Shown: positions 9,515 to 20,632 of the stretch, one piece after another
Position numbering within the stretch: position 1 is the first letter of the stretch
Layout: each line of letters begins with the position of its first letter
Assembly (NCBI GenBank): GCA_963663865.1
Contig: OY760686.1
Coordinates: 3,072,001 to 3,136,000 of the forward strand
Direction: 5' to 3'
Length of the DNA stretch: 64,000 nt
From: Spirochaetota bacterium
GTDB lineage: Bacteria > Spirochaetota > UBA4802 > UBA5550
Program-made: the position numbers and the translations under genes
The notes under the pieces: model-generated
What the model was told of the DNA's origin: nothing
Seen by the model: the letters and a program-made list of their open reading frames with translations, nothing else
Databases searched by the model: none

Positions 9515-12127
9515 TTATAGTGTTTTTGCAAATTCAACAAGTTCGTATGTTTCAAAAACATCGCCTTCTTTGAGGTCATTGAAATTCTCAATAGAGAAGC
9601 CGAACTCCTGACCTGCCACCACTTCATTAACGTCATCCTTAAAACGCTTGAGGGACTTTAAAGCTCCGTCCTTTATGACAATCCCTTCCCTTATAATTCT
9701 GATTTTTGATTTCCTGTTGATCTTGCCTGAGAGAAGCAATGCACCGGCAATCGTACCGACTTTGGAAACCTTAAATACCTGCTTTATTTCACCGCTTCCG
9801 CCTTCAATCTCCCTTATCTCGGGAGCAAGCATTCCTTCCATAGCGGCCCGCACATCATCGGTTGCCTCAAAAATGATGTTATAGAACTTGATGGTGACAT
9901 TCTCTTTGTCCGCAATATCAGACACCCTTCCGGTAGGTCTGACGTGATATCCAATTATCAAAGCGTTAGATGCCGCTGCAAGCATAACATCCGATTCGTT
10001 TATGCCACCCGCACCTGAGTGAACTACATTGACTCTGACTTCATCGGTCGAAAGTTTCTCAAGGGCCTCTTCAAGCGCCTGTGCCGACCCGTCAACGTCG
10101 GCTTTTACGATAATATTAAGCTCCTGAATCGCGCCAGCCTTAATCATGTCGTTAAACGATTCAAGTGTGACCTTTTTAACCTTCTTGGCGGATTCGATCC
10201 GCTTGTACTCAAGCCTTTTGTTTGAAATCTGCTTGGCTGTCTTCGAAGTTTCAACGCATTCGAACGGATCACCGGCTCCAGGAACTCCCGAAATTCCAAG
10301 AATCTCAACAGGAGTAGAAGGCCCGGCCGATTGTATTTCCTTACCCTGATCATCAAGCAGGGCCCTTACACGGCCTGAGTACATCCCGACAACGAAATAA
10401 TCACCCACATGGAGCGTTCCTTTCTGAACCAGAACAGTACACAGAGGTCCCCGGCCGGGATCAAGTTTTGATTCAATAACTACACCTCTTGCCGCTATCT
10501 GGGGGTTTTCCTTGAGCTCAAGCATTTCAGCCTGGAGAAGTATCACCTCAAGAAGGCCTTCTATGTTTATCTTCTGCTTCGCGCTTATCTCAACAAAGAG
10601 TGTGTTACCGCCCCACTCCTCCTGAGTCAGCCCGTGATTGGCAAGATCATATTTAACCTTCTTAACATTAGCGTCCTCAAGATCAATCTTGTTTATTGCC
10701 ACAATAATAGGAACGTTCGCGGCCTTGGCATGACTTATCGCCTCAATAGTCTGAGGCATAACTCCGTCATTGGCTGCAACAACCAGAACAACAATATCAG
10801 TTATGTTTGCACCCCTCGCCCGCATAGTTGTAAAAGCTGCGTGGCCCGGTGTATCAAGGAATGTAATCTTTTTCCCGTGAATATCGACCATATACGCGCC
10901 GATATGCTGTGTGATTCCGCCGAACTCGCTTTCTGCAACCTTTGTTGTTCTAATAGCGTCGAGCAGCTTTGTCTTTCCATGGTCAACATGACCCATTACG
11001 GTAACAACTGGAGAACGGCTTACATAGTCGTCCGGATTTTCAGGTTCATCATGTTTAATAACAGTCTCATCGTATAGAGAGATTACTTTGACCTCAGTAC
11101 CATATTCATCGGCAAGAATAGAAACAGTGTCGGCATCAATGACCTGATTGATGGTTACCATCTCTCCGAGCTTCATCAGTTTAGCAATAACCTCGCTTGC
11201 CTTTACATTCAGCTTTTTAGCCAGGTCTCCAACCGTTACTGTTTCGGTTATCGATATACTCGAAGGAGTCACAATCTCCCGCTTCTGGAATCCGCCTGCT
11301 TTTTTTCTTATGTCTATGTTCTTCTCAGAGAACTTGTCACGGGTATATTTTTTCTTATCACGATCCTTGGTTGTATTCTTTTTCCTCTTCTTTGCCGGAT
11401 CACTGAATTCGGTTATTGAAGGCCTGTCATCTCCACCGCCTCTGCCGGCCGGCCCCGATGATCTTCGCTGTGGAGCCCCGTCTTTGTTGAAAGGAGATGA
11501 GGGTCTGGACTGATCAAAAGGCCTGTGCGTACTACCTCCCGGACCTCCTCCGGGTCTGCCGGGTCCTGTGCGGGGTCGTTGAGAATCGCCACCCGGTCTC
11601 GGCGGCCTTCCTCCTGTATCGTTCCGTCGGGGAGGCCTGTCTCCTGTGCCTGTACGGGGCCTCTGTTCAGTCGGCCGCGGTGGTCTCGGTCTGTCAGGGC
11701 GATCTGTCCGCCTTTGCTGATTGGCTCCACTCCGATCGGCTTGCGGAGCAACTTTTTCCTGCGAAGGAGCCTTAACCTCAGTGTCAGGAGCGGCTTTCGC
11801 GGCGGCAGATTCAGATACGGCTGTTTCAGATTGAGGCTTATCCGTATCAACTTTCTGCTGAGTAGAGGAGTCGCTTGCCTGAATCTCCTTAATCTCTTTG
11901 GATACGTGAACCTTTCTTTTCAGCTTAATCTTTTTACCATGTTTCACGTCTTCGGCTTTCTGAGCTTTTTTTGTCTTGATAGACTGTATCATCTTTTCAA
12001 TAAGAAAAGATTCCTGATCATTAACTTCCGAATCAGGACCCTCAAATTTAATGCCCAGCTCCCTGCAAACTCCCTTCAGGTCATCTTCGGAAACATGGTT
12101 GCGCATCGCGATATCAATTGCCTTCAT
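9515..12127 (-). CDS. infB: Translation initiation factor IF-2
   Basis: [27 protein letters not shown]; R/P/G-rich N-terminal linker. Confidence 0.99.
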   Translation of the reverse strand: MKAIDIAMRNHVSEDDLKGVCRELGIKFEGPDSEVNDQESFLIEKMIQSIKTKKAQKAEDVKHGKKIKLKRKVHVSKEIKEIQASDSSTQQKVDTDKPQSETAVSESAAAKAAPDTEVKAPSQEKVAPQADRSGANQQRRTDRPDRPRPPRPTEQRPRTGTGDRPPRRNDTGGRPPRPGGDSQRPRTGPGRPGGGPGGSTHRPFDQSRPSSPFNKDGAPQRRSSGPAGRGGGDDRPSITEFSDPAKKRKKNTTKDRDKKKYTRDKFSEKNIDIRKKAGGFQKREIVTPSSISITETVTVGDLAKKLNVKASEVIAKLMKLGEMVTINQVIDADTVSILADEYGTEVKVISLYDETVIKHDEPENPDDYVSRSPVVTVMGHVDHGKTKLLDAIRTTKVAESEFGGITQHIGAYMVDIHGKKITFLDTPGHAAFTTMRARGANITDIVVLVVAANDGVMPQTIEAISHAKAANVPIIVAINKIDLEDANVKKVKYDLANHGLTQEEWGGNTLFVEISAKQKINIEGLLEVILLQAEMLELKENPQIAARGVVIESKLDPGRGPLCTVLVQKGTLHVGDYFVVGMYSGRVRALLDDQGKEIQSAGPSTPVEILGISGVPGAGDPFECVETSKTAKQISNKRLEYKRIESAKKVKKVTLESFNDMIKAGAIQELNIIVKADVDGSAQALEEALEKLSTDEVRVNVVHSGAGGINESDVMLAAASNALIIGYHVRPTGRVSDIADKENVTIKFYNIIFEATDDVRAAMEGMLAPEIREIEGGSGEIKQVFKVSKVGTIAGALLLSGKINRKSKIRIIREGIVIKDGALKSLKRFKDDVNEVVAGQEFGFSIENFNDLKEGDVFETYELVEFAKTL

Positions 12128-12161
12128 TTATACTTTTATAATCCTCTGTAATATTTGACGA

Positions 12162-13478
12162 TCAGGATTCTTCCTCATCATCATCTTCTTCATCCCCGAA
12201 ATCAACTACCTCAGCAACGATGTCAAGAATCTTCTGAGCGGTTTTCCCGCCGATACCATCTATTCCCATCAGGTCATCCAAAGACTTCTCAACCAGGTCT
12301 TCAACAGAAAAGATTCCGCCATTTTCAAGCAGAGCCCTGGTTCTGGCATCAATACCCGGCAGCTCCTCAAGCGGGGTCTCGTCGTCGGCAGCATTGCTGA
12401 AAAGCTGCTCAATCATTGACCTTGATTCGGTTGAAGACAGGAACTCTCTGTACTGTTCTTCTGTTTTTATATCAATATCGAAACCGCACAACCTCGAAGC
12501 CAGTCTGACATTATGACCGCTTTTACCTACCGCAAATGAGTAGTGATCTGAGTCCACAACTGCGATTACTCCACCTTGAGCGGTTGTGACGATTTCCTTT
12601 ATTTTTGCCGGGACAAGAGCATTCTGGGCCATAATCCTTTTATCATCGAACCATTCGACAACATCTATCTTTTCCCCTTCAAGCTCTCTGACAATTGACT
12701 GGATTCTTATTCCCCGCATTCCAACACATGCACCCACAGAGTCAACATCGTCTCTTTCGCTGGCAACTGCAACCTTAGTTCTGAGACCCGGCTCTCTTAC
12801 AACTTTTACTATTCTTACGATACCGTCATATATCTCAGGAATCTCCATCTCGAAAAGCTTTTCAATAAATCTTGGATGCGCCCTTGAAAGAATGATACCC
12901 GGCCCTTTATTCGCCTTCTGCACCTTCAGAATGAGCGCCTTTACCCGGTCACCTGTTTTATAATGCTCAAGAGGCGACTGCTCTCTCAGAGGAAGAACGC
13001 CTTCAGTTCTTCCCAATTCGATATACATAGCATCTCTGGCTCTTCGCTGAAGATATCCGTTTATCAGCTCTCCTTCTTTTTCTTTAAACTCATCAAAGAT
13101 AATATTTTTTTCAGCTTCCTTGATCTTCTGAATAATGACCTGTTTAGCTGTCTGAGCCGCGATCCTGCCAAATGACTCAAGAGGATTTTCCTCTATAGGG
13201 ATAACGTCTCCCACATTCACATCCGGCATTGAGTCTTTTACCGCTGTATAGGCTATTTCCTCAGCCGGGCTGGTCGGGGTTTTTACGACCATTTTTCTGG
13301 AAAGCAATGACACGGTGTTTCCGTCTCTGTTAAATACCACTTTCACGTTGTCAGTGTTGCCGTACTGTTTCTTGTATGCTGACAACATTGCCGACTCAAC
13401 TATTTCCTCGATTTCTTCTCTCGGAATCCCCTTATCCGTGGCTATTTGATGCAGCGCCTCGAAAAAATTATTGCTCAT
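12162..13478 (-). CDS. nusA: Transcription termination/antitermination factor NusA
   Basis: FGRIAAQTAKQ, S1 and KH domains (GACVGMRGIRI, VGKSGHNVRLAS), C-terminal HhH. Start could be 13490. Confidence 0.98.
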   Translation of the reverse strand: MSNNFFEALHQIATDKGIPREEIEEIVESAMLSAYKKQYGNTDNVKVVFNRDGNTVSLLSRKMVVKTPTSPAEEIAYTAVKDSMPDVNVGDVIPIEENPLESFGRIAAQTAKQVIIQKIKEAEKNIIFDEFKEKEGELINGYLQRRARDAMYIELGRTEGVLPLREQSPLEHYKTGDRVKALILKVQKANKGPGIILSRAHPRFIEKLFEMEIPEIYDGIVRIVKVVREPGLRTKVAVASERDDVDSVGACVGMRGIRIQSIVRELEGEKIDVVEWFDDKRIMAQNALVPAKIKEIVTTAQGGVIAVVDSDHYSFAVGKSGHNVRLASRLCGFDIDIKTEEQYREFLSSTESRSMIEQLFSNAADDETPLEELPGIDARTRALLENGGIFSVEDLVEKSLDDLMGIDGIGGKTAQKILDIVAEVVDFGDEEDDDEEES

Positions 13479-13491
13479 TTTAGCTACCATT

Positions 13492-13929
13492 TTAGTAATC
13501 AAGATTTGCTTGTATTATATCATCAAAAGAGAGAGAAATCTCTTTTTTTTCAGACTTTATAATCAATTCCCCGGAACTGGAGACATGGAAGATGCCTTTA
13601 ATAGTCTTCCGTCCTGCGCCTTCTCTAACGAGAACCCTTACCGGAGCGCCTTCAAAACGTTTGAATTCATCCGTTGATCTAAGCTTTCTGTTTATTCCAG
13701 GCGAAGACACTTCAAGGGTAAAATCCGGTAGATTGCCCTCCGCTTCGAGCAACTCCGTTAGGACGGTGCTGTATTTCTGGCAATCGGCGAGAGAAATACC
13801 ATTCTCACTGTCTATCCGTATCACCAGCTTTGCCGAGGCTCCTCCAAGCTGAACCGACGAATCGTATACCAGAAAACCCGTCTCAGCAGCAGCTGACTGG
13901 ATTAAATTTATTATTACGTCTTTTACCAT
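13492..13929 (-). CDS. rimP: Ribosome maturation factor RimP
   Basis: GISLADC, LEVSSPGINRKL; first gene of the nusA-infB operon. Confidence 0.95.
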   Translation of the reverse strand: MVKDVIINLIQSAAAETGFLVYDSSVQLGGASAKLVIRIDSENGISLADCQKYSTVLTELLEAEGNLPDFTLEVSSPGINRKLRSTDEFKRFEGAPVRVLVREGAGRKTIKGIFHVSSSGELIIKSEKKEISLSFDDIIQANLDY

Positions 13930-13967
13930 TTACTTCCTGAGTTTATCGACGGGCATAAAAACGATAC

Positions 13968-13990
13968 AAAAAAAGAGCGGTTCCCCACTC
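13968..13990 (-). promoter_or_regulatory. rimP-leader hairpin / attenuator-like terminator
   Basis: Minus strand GAGTGG-GGAA-CCGCTC-TTTTTTT: GNRA-capped GAGTGG stem with a U-tract just upstream of rimP, matching the known rimP-leader motif. Confidence 0.8.
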
Positions 13991-14354
13991 ACCTTGTCAA
14001 GTTGATATATGTTCCTATTAATTTCAAGTGTTTTTTAATATTATAAAATTCAAACCCACTGAATTCATGTTTATATCCCCCTAATCAGTCTCATAACCCC
14101 CAACTGCAGTCTTTTTTCATAAAACACTTGTCACAGCAAGATGCATTAAAATAATCATACACTTCAGGGTATGATATCCAAAAGAGTTAAAAAAAACAGA
14201 CCTTATCCGTTTATCCCTGTAAGCGTTTTTACAGGACAATCTGTATGTATATTCTGCTATATCAAGAAATTAAACCTACCATAAACTCTATTATAAACAC
14301 TTATGGTATAAAATAGAATTCAAATTTATTTCACTTCAGGGTTAAGTTGCGAAT

Positions 14355-16613
14355 ATGAACGATATGCTAAAGAATCTAAATGAAAACCAGCGAGCGGCAG
14401 TGCTTCACACCGAAGGACCGCTCCTTATTCTTGCCGGTGCCGGGTCCGGCAAAACGCGGGTTATCACAAACCGCATAATGCACCTTATTAGAGAGAAAGG
14501 AGTGCCCCCTTACAGAATCTTTGCGGTTACGTTTACCAATAAAGCCGCTGAAGAAATGAGAAACAGAATTACCGACCTGACAGGCCCGGAAGGCAAAAGC
14601 GTTTTTATTAAAACCTTCCACTCGGCGTCGGTTTATATGCTGAGGCGATTTGGCGAAACAATCGGCATTCCATCAAACTTTTCAATTTATGACGGTGCCG
14701 ACCAGGCCGCTGTAATCAAAGAAATCCTGTTAAACCTGAAACTTGATCCGAAAAAGATAAAGCCTGCAATGCTTGCTTCAAAGATTTCAGAGGTTAAGGA
14801 TAAAACCTCAGCTGAGGGGGGCGATCCATCCCTCCACATGCAAGATTCATTCGCGTTTGACTTTACTGAGATATACACAAAATATCATGAAAAGCTTGCC
14901 TCAAACAATGCCCTCGATTTTAACGACCTTCTTATAAAAACCGTCGAATTGCTTAAAACAAGGCAGGATGTTCTTCAAAGCCTTCAAAGGCAATGGCAGT
15001 ATTTCATGATTGATGAGTATCAGGACACTAATCACTCTCAGTATCTAATTGCGGGTTATCTGGCTTCTGCGGGTAAAAACATCTGTGTTGTGGGCGACGA
15101 TGACCAGTCTATTTATTCCTGGCGCGGAGCCGACATAAGAAACATCCTCGACTTCGAAAAGGATTATCCCGGAGCTAAAGTGATAACGCTGAGCCATAAT
15201 TACAGGTCTACCGAGCCGATTCTCAGGGCCGCCTCAAGCGTCATTTCCAACAACAGCCTCAGGAAAAAAAAGGAGATTATCGCAGCAAGGGGCGACGGAG
15301 AGCCTGTTGTCTGCTGTACCGCCGGCAATGAATATGCTGAGGCTGATTTTGTAGTCAATACAATAGTAACACTGAAATACAGGGAAAAATTCACCAATTC
15401 TGATTTCGCGGTTTTTTACCGCACAAACGCACAGTCAAGGATTTTTGAGGAGATGCTCCGCAAACAAAACCTTCCTTACAAGGTGATTGGCGGTTTAAAG
15501 TTCTATGACCGCAAAGAGATAAAGGACATAGTCAGCTACCTGAGATTCATTCAAAATACCAGCGATGAAGTGGCTCTTCAGAGGATTATCAACACACCGG
15601 CGAGAGGCATAGGAAAAGCGACTCTTGACAGAATACTTGAGACCGCCGCGTCTTCAAGACAGTCGGCATGGCAGGTCATAAAGTCGGGCTCGCTTACGGG
15701 CAGAATCCCTGCCGGCCTTGAATCATTCAGGAAGCTGATTGTAAACACAGAGGAGATGCTGAAGGATGTCCCCGGCTCGTTAAAGCTTTCTGCCTTCGTA
15801 AACGAACTTATTAACCAGAGCGGCTATAGACAATCTCTCCTTAACGAAAACTCTGATGAAAGCGGAGCGAGAATTGACAACATCGACGAGTTTATCAACA
15901 GCGTTTTTGAATACGAAAACGCAAATCCGGAAGCTGATCTCTCAAGTTTTCTTCAGGATATTTCTCTTCTGACTTCCGAGGACATACCGGATATAGAAGG
16001 CAGCGAAGCCAACGACAACACCGTAACACTTATGACAGTACACAACGCCAAAGGGCTTGAATTTCCCGTAGTTTTTCTGACAGGTATGGAAGAGGAAGTG
16101 TTCCCTCACAGGTTTTCCATTGACACTGAAGAAGGCATTGAGGAGGAACGCCGGCTCTGCTATGTTGGAATAACGAGAGCTATGGAGAGGCTGTATATAA
16201 CTACTGCAGAAATACGCCGCTCATTTCTCGGAGTAGAATACCGCCAGCCCTCACGATTTATCGGAGAGCTCCCTGAAGAATGCCTCGAATGGAAAAGGCA
16301 TCAGTCAGACTCCTTTCGCGGCACCTTTACCAGGATGCAGTCCGGTTCGGGATCAAGCAGATCTTTCCGCCGGGAGGCACCTGTCCAGCCCACAGCACAG
16401 CAGCCGGCCCACGCCCCTGCCCGGATCCACGCTGAATCCGCATCAAGCGATTCCAGCTACAGGCTCAGCGACAGGCTCATACACCCAAAATTCGGTATCG
16501 GAACTTTAATAAAAATCGAAGGCAGCGGTGATAATATAAAATTAACCATAATGTTCGGGACGACCAGGAAGGTTTTTCTTGAAAAATACACCCCGCTTGA
16601 AAGGGCTCATTAG
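14355..16613 (+). CDS. pcrA: ATP-dependent DNA helicase PcrA/UvrD
   Basis: AGAGSGKT, TFTNKAA, DEYQD, VGDDDQSIYSWRGA, TVHNAKGLEF, EEERRLCYVGITRA, C-terminal Tudor-like HPKFGIG. Confidence 0.96.
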   Translation: MNDMLKNLNENQRAAVLHTEGPLLILAGAGSGKTRVITNRIMHLIREKGVPPYRIFAVTFTNKAAEEMRNRITDLTGPEGKSVFIKTFHSASVYMLRRFGETIGIPSNFSIYDGADQAAVIKEILLNLKLDPKKIKPAMLASKISEVKDKTSAEGGDPSLHMQDSFAFDFTEIYTKYHEKLASNNALDFNDLLIKTVELLKTRQDVLQSLQRQWQYFMIDEYQDTNHSQYLIAGYLASAGKNICVVGDDDQSIYSWRGADIRNILDFEKDYPGAKVITLSHNYRSTEPILRAASSVISNNSLRKKKEIIAARGDGEPVVCCTAGNEYAEADFVVNTIVTLKYREKFTNSDFAVFYRTNAQSRIFEEMLRKQNLPYKVIGGLKFYDRKEIKDIVSYLRFIQNTSDEVALQRIINTPARGIGKATLDRILETAASSRQSAWQVIKSGSLTGRIPAGLESFRKLIVNTEEMLKDVPGSLKLSAFVNELINQSGYRQSLLNENSDESGARIDNIDEFINSVFEYENANPEADLSSFLQDISLLTSEDIPDIEGSEANDNTVTLMTVHNAKGLEFPVVFLTGMEEEVFPHRFSIDTEEGIEEERRLCYVGITRAMERLYITTAEIRRSFLGVEYRQPSRFIGELPEECLEWKRHQSDSFRGTFTRMQSGSGSSRSFRREAPVQPTAQQPAHAPARIHAESASSDSSYRLSDRLIHPKFGIGTLIKIEGSGDNIKLTIMFGTTRKVFLEKYTPLERAH

Positions 16614-16749
16614 ACAAAATAATGAATTTTTTCACCGAATTTGCTCATCCAGGGAAAATTCTCTTCGATTAATTTGATTTTCCTCCGCGTTATTATTACT
16701 ATCTCCCGCTGGGTTTACGGGATTAGTAATTTCCAGCGGAGGAAGAATC

Positions 16750-17832
16750 ATGAAGCAGATACAATCCGTAAGGGACCGCAGTTCGTTCGGAAGAATATTC
16801 GACCGGGCTTTTTCCGACCGCAAGGTATTCATAAAGTGCCTGGACAGGAATGTTGAAGCAGGCTACTGCGGCTACAGTAAAGGCCTCATCTCGCTGACAT
16901 CTCCGCTTGATATTCCCGTTCCGCTCAGGACAGTAATCTTCACAAGGTCCGGCGACAGCCTCATTTTTGCCCACGCGTCGCTATGTATGTCAAAGGGAAA
17001 CCGGCATTGCCTTAATCCCTCCCTTATTCAGATAATTACTTCGCCAAGGAGTGGCAAAAGAGAATATATCGAACATCAGAATGGGCGTACAGCCTTCGCG
17101 ACAAATATACTTTCGTACAATGAGATTATCAGCAACATTGAAAACAGACGGGATATCATAGACGGCATAAGAAAACGAATATCATCAAGCTCAACATGCC
17201 CGTTTAAGTACATGAAGCTTTATTTTGCAGAGCAAAATGATACTGACCCGAGGATGAACTTCTTCCAAACCGCTTCATCCCCAATCCACATCAGAGACAT
17301 TCGGACTGTCTTCAGCGACAATAATGGAAGCGACACTGCTTACTATCTCTCGCAGGTACACCCTTACGATCAGCTTCTCTCTTCTGACAGGCGTTATGTA
17401 TCGGAGATATCCTATCCAATAACATTCAGAGGCTTTTTCGCGTACGGCTACATTCAGGCAAACGACATTCACCCGATTGAAGCGGACAGAATTAAACTCA
17501 TAGCAAAACTTGCAGAATTCATCGAAAGCGCATTCCAGGAACATGGCATAGTCAAACAGCTGCCCGACATGATACCCCTGACTGACGTCTCAAAACTCGG
17601 AATCGGAATCAGCTTTCCGGAGATATCAAAGACAAACCACTGCAAAGAAAACACATCAGCGGCCCTTGAAGTGATTCTTCCAAAAAACAGACGAATTGCC
17701 CTCTCAGGCAGCATTAAGCACATTGACATTCTCGGAAACAGCCGTGTCAATGTAGGACTTCAAATAACCCGAATGAACAGATCAAGCCGGGATGTTTACG
17801 ACCGGTTCCTTCGTTTTATGCGTATCGAGTAA
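16750..17832 (+). CDS. DUF1577-like protein with C-terminal PilZ-like domain
   Basis: GAF-like middle (SEISYPI...YGYIQ) and C-terminal TDVSKLGIG...VGLQI; resembles spirochaetal DUF1577 proteins from recall. Confidence 0.55.
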   Translation: MKQIQSVRDRSSFGRIFDRAFSDRKVFIKCLDRNVEAGYCGYSKGLISLTSPLDIPVPLRTVIFTRSGDSLIFAHASLCMSKGNRHCLNPSLIQIITSPRSGKREYIEHQNGRTAFATNILSYNEIISNIENRRDIIDGIRKRISSSSTCPFKYMKLYFAEQNDTDPRMNFFQTASSPIHIRDIRTVFSDNNGSDTAYYLSQVHPYDQLLSSDRRYVSEISYPITFRGFFAYGYIQANDIHPIEADRIKLIAKLAEFIESAFQEHGIVKQLPDMIPLTDVSKLGIGISFPEISKTNHCKENTSAALEVILPKNRRIALSGSIKHIDILGNSRVNVGLQITRMNRSSRDVYDRFLRFMRIE

Positions 17833-17948
17833 AAGCACTCTCCTTTCTTTGCTAAAGTCCGCATTAATTTGACACGACAATTAATTGATGTGAGATGATT
17901 ACAGGTCCGCAATATCGGCAGATTAATATTCCACCCCCGGAGAAAGAA

Positions 17949-18737
17949 ATGCATTCCCGTTCCATTCTATTTATATCAGCAGCGCTTATTCTGTCGTGCT
18001 CATCCGTATCAAAACCGGTAGTGAAGGACAAACCGCTTCCTCCAAAAGCCCTTGCCGGACTCGATGCCTTTTTTGAAAGATCGCGCAAGGACCTGGCTTC
18101 CGCGATACAGGTTGTCGTTACAGAAGACATGGTCAAAAACCTGAGCCACCTGCAAAGGATGGATTCGGGAGGCAAAAAGTTCTACCTGCTTGAAAGAGAA
18201 AACATATCAAGAATGATTAAGTCTGTTACCAGGGAGATATACTCCGACTTCATATTAATCAACAAACATGGTACAATTATATACACGAGACAAAATGACG
18301 ATATTTTTTCTAAAAACGTGAGGACTTCTCTCAAGGAAACAAAGCTCAAGAACTGTTATGACGCTAAAGACCTTGATGTATATTACTCCGACATAACCGA
18401 GCTTGAAAGCTTTTCGGGGAAACCAGTACTTCTGATTTCATCAAAAGCCTCCGGCGGGCAGACTTTCCCAGGTATTTTTGCTCTTCAGATCGATATTGAC
18501 AGTATAAGGGAATACCTTAAACCCGGCGAGGAAATCGTTGGGATGGACGGGAATTACCGCCTTCCTCTTGACAGCAAGCTGAGAAACAGTCCCTATCCTC
18601 ATTTCAGTCTGCTTGACATTGAAGGATGCAGAGACGGAGAAGCGCACCGCGTCTTAACCCCTGAAGACGTATCAATAGACTATCAATGCCGCAGGGACTC
18701 AAATCTTGAATGGATTGTGGTTAAGCACTCCCGATAG
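17949..18737 (+). CDS. Lipoprotein with Cache-like extracytoplasmic sensor domain
   Basis: Lipobox ILSC; YSDFILINKHGTIIYT, YSDIT, GIFALQIDI resemble a dCache domain. ATG at 17949 with GGAG. Confidence 0.65.
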   Translation: MHSRSILFISAALILSCSSVSKPVVKDKPLPPKALAGLDAFFERSRKDLASAIQVVVTEDMVKNLSHLQRMDSGGKKFYLLERENISRMIKSVTREIYSDFILINKHGTIIYTRQNDDIFSKNVRTSLKETKLKNCYDAKDLDVYYSDITELESFSGKPVLLISSKASGGQTFPGIFALQIDIDSIREYLKPGEEIVGMDGNYRLPLDSKLRNSPYPHFSLLDIEGCRDGEAHRVLTPEDVSIDYQCRRDSNLEWIVVKHSR

Positions 18738-18762
18738 TTTTCCACATAGATAAATCTCCAGA

Positions 18763-20037
18763 CTATACGATAATATTAAAATCGACCAGATCCGCAATTA
18801 TTGAATGAATATCGCTGAAAAGTCCAGGCAGTTTGTATTCATCATCCATTAAAGCCGCAACCTTCTGGCCGAGGTGCACAAGGACCTTCTCGTCAAGGGG
18901 CAAAGAGCCTCTGCTTATCATCCCGGAAAGCATGCCCGGGAATATCTGTGACAGCTCATGTCCATCGGCTATCACCGACTCTCTGACTCCTCTTGAAGCA
19001 TAAACATCAGAATTGTCATCTCCTTCAGCGAAGGATATAATGTACTGGCCGGGGCGTATTCTCTCGTACTCAGAAGGATCGGACAACGGAGTTCTTATAA
19101 TTACGATGTCTGAATTTGCAAGTATGTTGCCTGAGCTGGTCGCCATTCCCCCGGCGTTTTCAAAGGACAACATCTCCCTGCTGCTCTGGTCAAAGCCAAG
19201 AGTCTTTCCGAATCCCGCTTTTTCAAGGAGCGATGTCAGCTTCACCGCGGGAGTATCAAGCCCCAAAATCCCCACAGTGGCGGTTGACTGTTCAATCCTG
19301 TTTTTCTGCGACATTTTAATGACCATGGCAAGGATGTACACGGGCAGATCGTCCACATCTTTAATGAGTACAGGCTTGTTAAAATCACTCGCAAGCTGTT
19401 TAATTGTAAACAGATCGGTCTCATCAATATGAATCAGGCGTAGAGCGGAAAAATTTCCAGCCACAGCCCTGACTGAACGAACCAGATCTTCCGGATGGGT
19501 GTAGCTGAAGACAAGCGGAAAAGGCCTGAGTCCGGTAAATCGGCTTATAACAGCTGATTCTCTCTCCGCGATTGTATAATATCTGGCGATATCATATTCA
19601 GCTTTCTCTCTGCTGGCTTCGAGAGCGGCTACTACTGCTACATTACGCGAAATTCCGGTTACTGCCGCACCGCCTGTTTTAATTTTTGATAGCAGCAGTT
19701 CCGTTCCTCCGACCAGATTTATCTCATAATCAGATTCATGTTCTATAATGACGCCGGATTGTATTCGGAGAAGTCCTCCTTTAACTACATCTTCAAGAAC
19801 GTTGGTAATCTGAAGAGCAGTACATTCTCCTGTCTTTTCAAGATTATCAAGAAACACGTGAATATCGTCCGCGCCACTGTGAAGAAGCTCCATTTTGTAA
19901 ATGAAAGCTTCGGAGTCCTCCATGACACATACAAGGTTTTTCAGACGTATATCCTTCTCCTGCATTTTCTGAATAAAACGCAGCATCGAATTGGGGTTTC
20001 TCTTTATACTTACTTTCACATTGCTTATAAACTTCAT
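18763..20037 (-). CDS. ACT-like domain + degenerate NAD-dependent malic enzyme-like protein
   Basis: Colinear similarity to malic enzyme motifs (TGISRNVAVV, FTGLRPFPL, AGNFSALRL, PVLIKD, IFPGMLSG) with catalytic residues altered. Confidence 0.6.
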   Translation of the reverse strand: MKFISNVKVSIKRNPNSMLRFIQKMQEKDIRLKNLVCVMEDSEAFIYKMELLHSGADDIHVFLDNLEKTGECTALQITNVLEDVVKGGLLRIQSGVIIEHESDYEINLVGGTELLLSKIKTGGAAVTGISRNVAVVAALEASREKAEYDIARYYTIAERESAVISRFTGLRPFPLVFSYTHPEDLVRSVRAVAGNFSALRLIHIDETDLFTIKQLASDFNKPVLIKDVDDLPVYILAMVIKMSQKNRIEQSTATVGILGLDTPAVKLTSLLEKAGFGKTLGFDQSSREMLSFENAGGMATSSGNILANSDIVIIRTPLSDPSEYERIRPGQYIISFAEGDDNSDVYASRGVRESVIADGHELSQIFPGMLSGMISRGSLPLDEKVLVHLGQKVAALMDDEYKLPGLFSDIHSIIADLVDFNIIV

Positions 20038-20618
20038 AACGAACCGCCAATTAACCTTGAATAGCGGGCACCGGTATTTTCCGCTTTACTCAATAATTCT
20101 AAAGGAACTTCGTTCAAACTGTCGGTATCAGGCAGAAGAATAAAATCTTCCAAACTGTATTCCGCATTGACGGTGTTAAAAAAATGCCTGACGGTCCGAA
20201 CCGTTCCATCGAAAGCTCCACCATAAGATGAACCCGCTGTCGAGAACAAAATTCCTTTCTTTTTGGAGATAGCATTTCCATCACGCCTGGCCAGGTGCCA
20301 CAACGGCTGTGTGCGGTCAATAATTGCTTTAAGGTGAGATGGGAGCCCTGAAAAATACACCGGGCTCGACAATGATATTAACTTTGACGATTTGAGTAAT
20401 GGATAAAGCTCATCCATCACGTCACTGTTTGTGCAGCCGAATTCTGTTTCACAAAAACGGCAGTCGGAACACGGCTCCGCCCGGTTGATGTATGGATAAA
20501 CTCTCGCGATAGAAATGCCGCATGATTCAAGCTTGTCCAAAAAACGGCTGTGTATTTCGGACGAAAAGCTTTCTTTAACGGGACTCCCAAACAGAGCTAA
20601 GACTTCTGGATTGGTCAT
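20034..20618 (-). CDS. Flavodoxin family / iron-sulfur flavoprotein (NADPH-dependent FMN reductase family)
   Basis: GSP, CSDCRFC-x4-C Fe-S motif, SPVYFSG...LKAIIDR. Confidence 0.88.
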   Translation of the reverse strand: MTNPEVLALFGSPVKESFSSEIHSRFLDKLESCGISIARVYPYINRAEPCSDCRFCETEFGCTNSDVMDELYPLLKSSKLISLSSPVYFSGLPSHLKAIIDRTQPLWHLARRDGNAISKKKGILFSTAGSSYGGAFDGTVRTVRHFFNTVNAEYSLEDFILLPDTDSLNEVPLELLSKAENTGARYSRLIGGSL

Positions 20619-20632
20619 TCAAGCTGAACCCG

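Noticed and set aside
11413-12151. Long alternative-frame ORFs over the infB N-terminus
   Set aside because: Shadow ORFs of GC-rich low-complexity coding sequence
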